A DNA stretch of 64,000 bases. Origin: Thermoplasmata archaeon (lineage in GTDB: Archaea > Thermoplasmatota > Thermoplasmata > RBG-16-68-12 > JAFNFQ01). A model generated the notes under the pieces. The model searched no databases and was not told the DNA's origin. It worked only from the letters and a program-made list of their open reading frames with translations. This document shows, one piece after another, positions 58,302 through 64,000 of this stretch. The stretch is taken from NCBI GenBank assembly GCA_041489255.1, contig JBGPQV010000011.1, positions 1 to 64,000 on the forward strand, in the 5' to 3' direction. The translations under genes and the position numbers were made by a program. Position 1 is the first letter of the stretch. Every line of letters starts with the position of its first letter.

Positions 58302-60020
58302 TCACATCTCAGCGGGAGCTCTAAGCCCGATGCAGTGCAGGGCGTTGCCGAGCACGGTCCTCGATATCTCGACGAGGGCGAGCCTCGTGCTCCTGAGCGG
58401 TTCCTCGGCCTGGAGCACCTGACAGTCGCGGTAGAAGATGTTGAAGTGCGATGCGGCCTCGTAGGCGTAGGAGGCGAGGAAATGCGGTCTCCGGCTCTCC
58501 GCGGCGACGGAGACGAGATGCGGGAACTGCCCTAGAGTCTTCACGAGCCTCATCTCGCTCGGATGGGTCAGGGCGGACGGATCGGGAGTCCCGTGCCCTC
58601 CCGCCTTCGAGAGTATGCCGCACGTCCTGGCGTGGGCGTATTGGAGGAACGGGGCGCTGTTGCCCTCGAAATTCAAGGCCTCCTCCCACCTGAATACTAT
58701 CTTCTTCTCCGGCTGCAGGCGGACGATGTTGTACCGGAGGGCCCCTAGCCCGACTATTTCGGCGATCTCCTTGACCCTCTCCGGCGGGAGCTCAGGCCTC
58801 CTCTTCCTCACTTCCTCAGTAGCCCTCTCGACCAACTCGTCCGCGAGGTCGTCCAGCGAGACGACCCTTCCCGACCTCGTGGACATGCGGCCCTCGGGCA
58901 GGGCGACGAATGAATAGAACAGCGCCTCCGGGACTCCCGGCGCGCCTATGAGCTGCAAACCGACCTTGAGCTGCTGCTGCCCGAGCTTCTGGTCCTCGCC
59001 GAGGACGTTGATCGCGATGTCGCAGCGGTCGAACTTCGTCAAGTGGTAGGCGATGTCCCTCGTGGGGTAGAGGGTGGTGCCGTCCTTGCGCGTGAGAAAC
59101 CACTTCGTGTTCTCGCCCTTGATGCCGTACGGCGCGAGGTCCAGGAAGAGGGCCCCGCCCTCGTCTAGGAACTTGTCGCGCAGCTTGTTCACAACCTGCC
59201 TCGCGCTCCCGCTCATTATCAGGTCGCTCTCCCAGTAGAAGCTGTCGATGTGAACGTCTATCCTGTCGAGGCTCTCGAGTATCCCTCTGAGGACTCTCTC
59301 CGCCACCGACCTGATCTCCCTCGTCAGGGCGACGTCGCCGCTCTCGAACCTCAGTATCATCTCGCTGATCTTCCTCTCGAGTTCCTCGTTGCCCTCGAGC
59401 AGCTCGTTCGCCTTCTGATAGTACTTGACGAGGCGGAAGTCCTCCTTCTCCTTCTCCGGCGGCGGGACATCCTTGGGGTCTATGTTCTTAACGCCCCAGT
59501 AAAGCAGGACCATCTGGCGGCCGACGTCGTTCACGAGGTACTCGGTGCTGACCTCGTACCCCGCCATCCTCATGATGCGCGCCAGGGCGTCGCCGATTAT
59601 CGGGTTCCTCGCCCGCCCTATGTGTATGGGACCGGTCGGGTTCACGCTTGTATGCTCCAGGAGGACCCTCACCTTCTTCGGCGGGAGGCTGCCGTAGGAA
59701 CCGCCAGCCGCCAAACCAGAATCGAGCACCAGGCGGCTGAAAGCGCCCGTGTCCAGCCTCATGTTGACGTAGCCGCCGACCGCCTCGCTCGTCGCGATCA
59801 GCATACCCTTCGGCATCAGCGCTACGAGATCCTTCGCCACCTGGTCCGGGCCCTTCCTGAGCTGCTTCGCGTACGGGAAAGTCGCGAAAGCCAAATCCCC
59901 CCAGCCCTCCGGCGGGGTCTCCAAGGGGACCGGGATGTGCGCGACGCCCGCCGCGGCCTCCGCCTCCTTCCTCAGCTTCTCCGCCTCGTCGAGCACGGCG
60001 CCCCATGGGTCCGCGGTCAT
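58302..60020 (-). CDS. argS: Arginine--tRNA ligase
   Basis: EHTSVNPTGPIHIGRARN, MSTRSG and LQYAHAR; true start ATG 60020 overlaps the aRF1 stop (TGATG). Confidence 0.96.
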   Translation of the reverse strand: MTADPWGAVLDEAEKLRKEAEAAAGVAHIPVPLETPPEGWGDLAFATFPYAKQLRKGPDQVAKDLVALMPKGMLIATSEAVGGYVNMRLDTGAFSRLVLDSGLAAGGSYGSLPPKKVRVLLEHTSVNPTGPIHIGRARNPIIGDALARIMRMAGYEVSTEYLVNDVGRQMVLLYWGVKNIDPKDVPPPEKEKEDFRLVKYYQKANELLEGNEELERKISEMILRFESGDVALTREIRSVAERVLRGILESLDRIDVHIDSFYWESDLIMSGSARQVVNKLRDKFLDEGGALFLDLAPYGIKGENTKWFLTRKDGTTLYPTRDIAYHLTKFDRCDIAINVLGEDQKLGQQQLKVGLQLIGAPGVPEALFYSFVALPEGRMSTRSGRVVSLDDLADELVERATEEVRKRRPELPPERVKEIAEIVGLGALRYNIVRLQPEKKIVFRWEEALNFEGNSAPFLQYAHARTCGILSKAGGHGTPDPSALTHPSEMRLVKTLGQFPHLVSVAAESRRPHFLASYAYEAASHFNIFYRDCQVLQAEEPLRSTRLALVEISRTVLGNALHCIGLRAPAEM

Positions 60021-61249
60021 CAGGTCACCCTGTAGCGCAGGATCGCCGCCAGTCCGCCGAACGCTCTGACGAGGAGCTCTCCCTCCTCCGATTCCTTGGA
60101 GATCATCTCCACCCTCGTGCCCGTCTTCTCGGCGGTCGCAGTCAGCTCCTCTATCAGGTCGTGCGCCTCCGTGACGCTGAGCTGCGCCTCGCACTTGGGG
60201 CACTGGCCAGGACCATGTGCCGAGTCTATCGTCTCGGTATTCTCGTATGAGCAGGAGGGGCACTTCAGCTTCGCCCTCGACTTCCTGATCCCCTCGGAGA
60301 GCAAGAGCATTTCCACGGCCCCGATGTCGAGCGCGTGGCGGACATTTGCCTCCCCGTACGCCGCCAGCCCGCCGTCGATCTTCGAGACCTCCAGCATGAG
60401 CTTCTGCACGAGGTCCTTCTCCCTCATGAGATCCAAGCCCGTCAGGACGCTCCTCGCCCTCTCGACCATCTCCCTCAGGCCGTAGTCGTCCGTGTCGCCG
60501 ACGTCGATGTAGGTCGGCAGGACCTTCTTCATGATCTCGTGGTGGACATAGTCGCCCTTGATGAAATATTCCTTCGTGTAGCCCGGGCCTCCGACGAGAA
60601 CCCCCTTGATCTCCTTGCGGTTGAGGAAGGCCTCCGTCATCAGGTCCCCGACCTTCTTGTAGAACTCGTGAGCCGCCTGCTCGATGAGCCTCTCGAAACG
60701 GCGTGCGCTCTGCCCGCCCATCCTGTGCTTGCTGGGGACGAGGCTGTGCACGTTCTTGATGACCTCGATCCGCTTCCCCTTCAGCACGCCTAGCGTCGCC
60801 TCGGAGCGGTCGATTACCACGAGCCCGTAGACGTCGTGCTCGATGAGCATGTCGTGCAGGGGCTGTGTGAAGAACTGCGAGTCGCACCTGTAGATGAACG
60901 TGGGCACCGGTTCGGGGGGTTCGATGACGTACTGCACCATCTCCGTCTGGTCCGCGCCGATCTGCTTGTGGCCGACGAACATCACAAGGCCGTTCGATGG
61001 CGGCTGCCTGTAGTACCTGAGGCGGGAGAGTATGCTCTCAAGGGCGCCTGTCACGTGCTTCCTCGTCGACGCGCTCTTGATGTTGGACGACTGCGCGTGC
61101 TCTCCTCGGACATAGTTCGCCACATCGGAGACCTGCCTCTCCGGCGGTACGTAGAGGGAGACGAGCTCGGTGCCTCTTCCCGAGGCCTTCTCTATCTCCT
61201 CGAGCTCTCTCAGGAACTTGTATCTGCTTAGCGCCACGCTCTCTGGCAT
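60020..61249 (-). CDS. prf1: Peptide chain release factor aRF1
   Basis: GTELVSLY, NIKS, YRCD and GGQS motifs; zinc-ribbon insert. Confidence 0.97.
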   Translation of the reverse strand: MPESVALSRYKFLRELEEIEKASGRGTELVSLYVPPERQVSDVANYVRGEHAQSSNIKSASTRKHVTGALESILSRLRYYRQPPSNGLVMFVGHKQIGADQTEMVQYVIEPPEPVPTFIYRCDSQFFTQPLHDMLIEHDVYGLVVIDRSEATLGVLKGKRIEVIKNVHSLVPSKHRMGGQSARRFERLIEQAAHEFYKKVGDLMTEAFLNRKEIKGVLVGGPGYTKEYFIKGDYVHHEIMKKVLPTYIDVGDTDDYGLREMVERARSVLTGLDLMREKDLVQKLMLEVSKIDGGLAAYGEANVRHALDIGAVEMLLLSEGIRKSRAKLKCPSCSYENTETIDSAHGPGQCPKCEAQLSVTEAHDLIEELTATAEKTGTRVEMISKESEEGELLVRAFGGLAAILRYRVT

Positions 61250-61303
61250 TCCCCACCGCATCCTTTTTATGCTAAATACATTTTCTGACGGTAGGATTCT
61301 GGA

Positions 61304-61990
61304 TTGGCTCGAATTGTGCTGTCGATCGGCGGCTCCGTCCTCGTACCTGGCGACAAGGACGCCGAGTACATCGCCGACCTGGCGGCGCTGCTGGGGAAGC
61401 TCAGCTCCCGCCACAAGATGTTCGTCGTCACGGGAGGGGGGAAGGTCGCGAGGTACTACATAGAGAACGGGCGGGAACTCGGCATGCCGGAGCCTCAACT
61501 GGACGAGCTGGGCATAATCGCGACGAGGATGAACGCCAGGCTGCTCTGCGGCGCGCTGCACGGACTCTCGAATGCGATTCCGCCTGAGACGGTCGAAGGC
61601 GCCGCGTCGATCGAGTCGAAGCACCGCATAGTCGTGATGGGCGGGACATCGCCTGGATGGACGACCGATTTCGTCGCCGCGTCCCTCGCCGAGAGCGTCA
61701 AGGCGGAAAGGCTCGTGAACGCCACGTCGGTCGACGGCGTCTACACCGCCGACCCCAAGAAGGACAGGAAGGCGAAGATGCTCTCGAAGATGACCTATGA
61801 TGAGTTGATCGCGCTCTCCGGATCCGGGCACCGGAAGGCCGGCCCCTCGGTGGTCTTCGATCCTCAGGCGGCGCGCCTCGTGGCGAAGGCCGGAATCCCC
61901 CTGCTCGTCGTGAACGGGAGGGACCTCGAGGCCCTGCGCAGCTCCATCGAGGGCAAGCGGTTCCACGGAACGACCGTCCAGGAAGTATAG
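61304..61990 (+). CDS. pyrH: UMP kinase
   Basis: SIGGS, GGGKVAR, PGWTTD and VDGVYTADP. Confidence 0.95.
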   Translation: MARIVLSIGGSVLVPGDKDAEYIADLAALLGKLSSRHKMFVVTGGGKVARYYIENGRELGMPEPQLDELGIIATRMNARLLCGALHGLSNAIPPETVEGAASIESKHRIVVMGGTSPGWTTDFVAASLAESVKAERLVNATSVDGVYTADPKKDRKAKMLSKMTYDELIALSGSGHRKAGPSVVFDPQAARLVAKAGIPLLVVNGRDLEALRSSIEGKRFHGTTVQEV

Positions 61991-61991
61991 A

Positions 61992-62393
61992 ATGAAGATG
62001 GAGCGCCTCTATTTCTACCTCGGAATGCTCAGCCTCGCGCTCGCGATAGTCTTCCTCGCGCTCGGGCTCTTTGGCACTGCGGTCGGCACGCCTGACTCGC
62101 TGTTGGCGGGAGGCATCTGCTTCATGGTCTTCCTCCTGCCCGCCTTCCTTTTCCTGGACTACTGGTCGCGCAGGACCGGCCTGGACAAGCGGCTCAGGAT
62201 CCTGGCGGACGTGCTGAAGGGCTACCGCCAGATCTCCATGGAGGACCTTGCGGGCAAGATCGACTGCAGCAAGGAGGACGCCGAGTTCCTCGTGGCGGCC
62301 TGCATCGGCCGTGGCTACGTGCGGGGGCGTATCGACGCGAAGGAGAAGACCTTCATCTCGGAGGAGCCGCCGGAGGAGGCGCAGCCCTCCTGA
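61992..62393 (+). CDS. Two-TM protein with C-terminal PCI/winged-helix-like domain
   Basis: Two TM helices, then ISMEDLAGKI...GYVRGRID. Confidence 0.7.
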   Translation: MKMERLYFYLGMLSLALAIVFLALGLFGTAVGTPDSLLAGGICFMVFLLPAFLFLDYWSRRTGLDKRLRILADVLKGYRQISMEDLAGKIDCSKEDAEFLVAACIGRGYVRGRIDAKEKTFISEEPPEEAQPS

Positions 62394-62426
62394 AAGCTTA
62401 ATGTGCAGCGCGGGCTATCGCCACGC

Positions 62427-62978
62427 ATGCCTTTCAGGGCGTTCATATCGGTCGACCTGGAGCGGTTCAGCTCGCTCAGGTCGCTCGTCCAGGATGTCTC
62501 CGCCGCCAGCTCCGCGCTCAACGCCGTGAACACGGACCAGATGCACCTCACCCTGAAGTTCCTCGGGGACACCGCGGAGAACCTCGTACCCAGCATCGTC
62601 TCGATAATGAAGGACAGCGTCCAGGGAGTCGAGCCGTTCAAGATCCGCCTCGTAGGCACAGGCGCGTTCCCCAACCTGGACTACATGCGGGTCATCTGGG
62701 TCGGCCTGGACGACGGCGGGATCCTTGGGCCGATCGCGAGGAACCTCGACGTGAGCCTCAGCAAGTTCGGTTTCGAGAGGGAGGAGAGGGAGTTCTCCCC
62801 GCACGTGACGATCGCGAGGGTGAAGGGGTCGCAAGGGAAGGAGAAGCTGAAGGCGATACTCAACGAGCACAAGACAGAGGTCTTCGGCGAGCAGCAGGTG
62901 AGCGGCATAAGGCTCAAGAAGAGCGTGCTCATGCCCCAGGGCCCGGACTACTCCACGGTGGAGGAAGTCCGCATCTAG
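62427..62978 (+). CDS. thpR: RNA 2',3'-cyclic phosphodiesterase (2'-5' RNA ligase)
   Basis: Two HxT motifs (HLTLKFLG and PHVTIAR). Confidence 0.95.
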   Translation: MPFRAFISVDLERFSSLRSLVQDVSAASSALNAVNTDQMHLTLKFLGDTAENLVPSIVSIMKDSVQGVEPFKIRLVGTGAFPNLDYMRVIWVGLDDGGILGPIARNLDVSLSKFGFEREEREFSPHVTIARVKGSQGKEKLKAILNEHKTEVFGEQQVSGIRLKKSVLMPQGPDYSTVEEVRI

Positions 62979-63359
62979 TCATTTCTTGTCAGCGTACAGG
63001 ATCATCTTGTCCCATTCGACCGTGTGCTTGAGCCTGTGCTTGGTGAGGGTCCTGCTGATGGTCTCCGCCGCCGTCACGGTCTCGATCGTCTTCGCCCTCG
63101 TGTAGATGTAGAACTGCACTCCCTTGGGCACTATCGGGAAGATCATGCGCATGAATCCCTCGCGGTTGTGGCCCTCCGGCTTCCTGTTCTTCCTCAGGTC
63201 CCTCAGGTTCTCCTCGATGAGGACCTCCACGTTCTCCTTCTCCTCGGGCATCTGGTTGGTCTCCTCGAGGAACTTGATGAACAAGGCGCGGAACACCGGC
63301 GCGAGGTCCTTGTAGCGGACCTGCTTGTCGAAGATGAAGTGGCCGCTTCGGGCTTTCAT
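62979..63359 (-). CDS. Hypothetical protein
   Basis: 126-aa ORF with protein-like composition and a TATA-like TATATAA upstream on the minus strand. Confidence 0.7.
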   Translation of the reverse strand: MKARSGHFIFDKQVRYKDLAPVFRALFIKFLEETNQMPEEKENVEVLIEENLRDLRKNRKPEGHNREGFMRMIFPIVPKGVQFYIYTRAKTIETVTAAETISRTLTKHRLKHTVEWDKMILYADKK

Positions 63360-63446
63360 GAGACGCGGCGCGAATCAGGCAATCCCCTTATATAGCTGCT
63401 TGTGGCCGCTCGCGGGCGCTGGGTTAGAGTTATTAGGGGATACAAC

Positions 63447-64000
63447 GTGGGCGACAGCGTGCGAAGCGCTCTGACCGTGGCGGGCAGCGATTCGGGCGGG
63501 GGCGCCGGCATACAGGCCGACCTCAAGTCCTTCGCGGCGGTGGGAGTGCACGGTTGCTCCGTCCTGACCGCAATAACCGCCCAGAACACCAGGGCTGTCG
63601 AATCGATATACCCTCTGCCGGTCGCGGAGATCGAGAAGCAGCTCCACGCCGTGCTCACGGACTTCGACATCGGAGCGGCGAAGACGGGGATGCTCTTTTC
63701 GGCCGACATCGTCAAGTCGGTCTCTATGCGGCTCGGCAAGTGCGATTTCCCGATAGTCGTCGACCCCGTGATGATCGCGACTGTCGGCGACAAGCTCGAG
63801 GGTCGGGGGTTCAAGGACGCAATCATCAAGCATATGCTCCCGGAGGCCAGACTCGTGACGCCGAACCTGTACGAGGCGGGTCAGCTGGCGGGGATGGATG
63901 TGAAATCGGTCGAGGGCATGAGAGCCGCCGCCAAGAAGATACATCAACTCGGCGCGAGGGCTGTGCTCGTCAAGGGCGGGCACCTCAAGGGGAAGCTCGT
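63447..64000 (+). CDS. thiD: Hydroxymethylpyrimidine/phosphomethylpyrimidine kinase (partial, runs off the window)
   Basis: Own translation: ALTVAGSDSGGGAGIQADLK...TAQNT...KTGML...VVDPVM...TPNLYEA...VLVKGGH; not in the ORF track. Confidence 0.95.
   Translation, partial: MGDSVRSALTVAGSDSGGGAGIQADLKSFAAVGVHGCSVLTAITAQNTRAVESIYPLPVAEIEKQLHAVLTDFDIGAAKTGMLFSADIVKSVSMRLGKCDFPIVVDPVMIATVGDKLEGRGFKDAIIKHMLPEARLVTPNLYEAGQLAGMDVKSVEGMRAAAKKIHQLGARAVLVKGGHLKGKL

Noticed and set aside
58302-61966. Very long argS (861 aa) and aRF1 (648 aa) ORFs suggesting fusions
   Set aside because: The N-terminal extensions are alternate-frame or antisense read-through over prf1 and pyrH; real starts are 60020 and 61249

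Overview
Archaeal chromosomal window with high GC. The gene content (aRF1, ThiN-domain regulator, stand-alone GMP synthase ATPPase subunit, many PKD/CARDB surface proteins) suggests Thermoplasmatota; this lineage call is inference. It holds about 50 CDS, mostly housekeeping (pgk, pdhA, lipA, purM, rlmE, argS, prf1, pyrH, thpR, thiD, pcm), plus one tRNA-Thr(CGT). An accessory cell-surface island at about 32.3-52.5 kb carries glycan genes, three paralogous five-bladed beta-propeller surface proteins with different stalks, a duplicated membrane-protein/rmlD unit, an intact IS481-family element with a 16-bp target duplication, a decayed IS481 end and a wHTH/RelE-like gene pair with palindromic operators. 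The strongest candidate for an undescribed system is a tightly coupled three-gene operon at 21343-23866: a cysteine amidohydrolase, a CxxC-less TrxR-like flavoprotein and an RlmN/Cfr-like radical SAM enzyme that lacks the resolving cysteine. No CRISPR array, rRNA or reverse transcriptase was seen. All calls come from motif recognition by eye; no searches were run.
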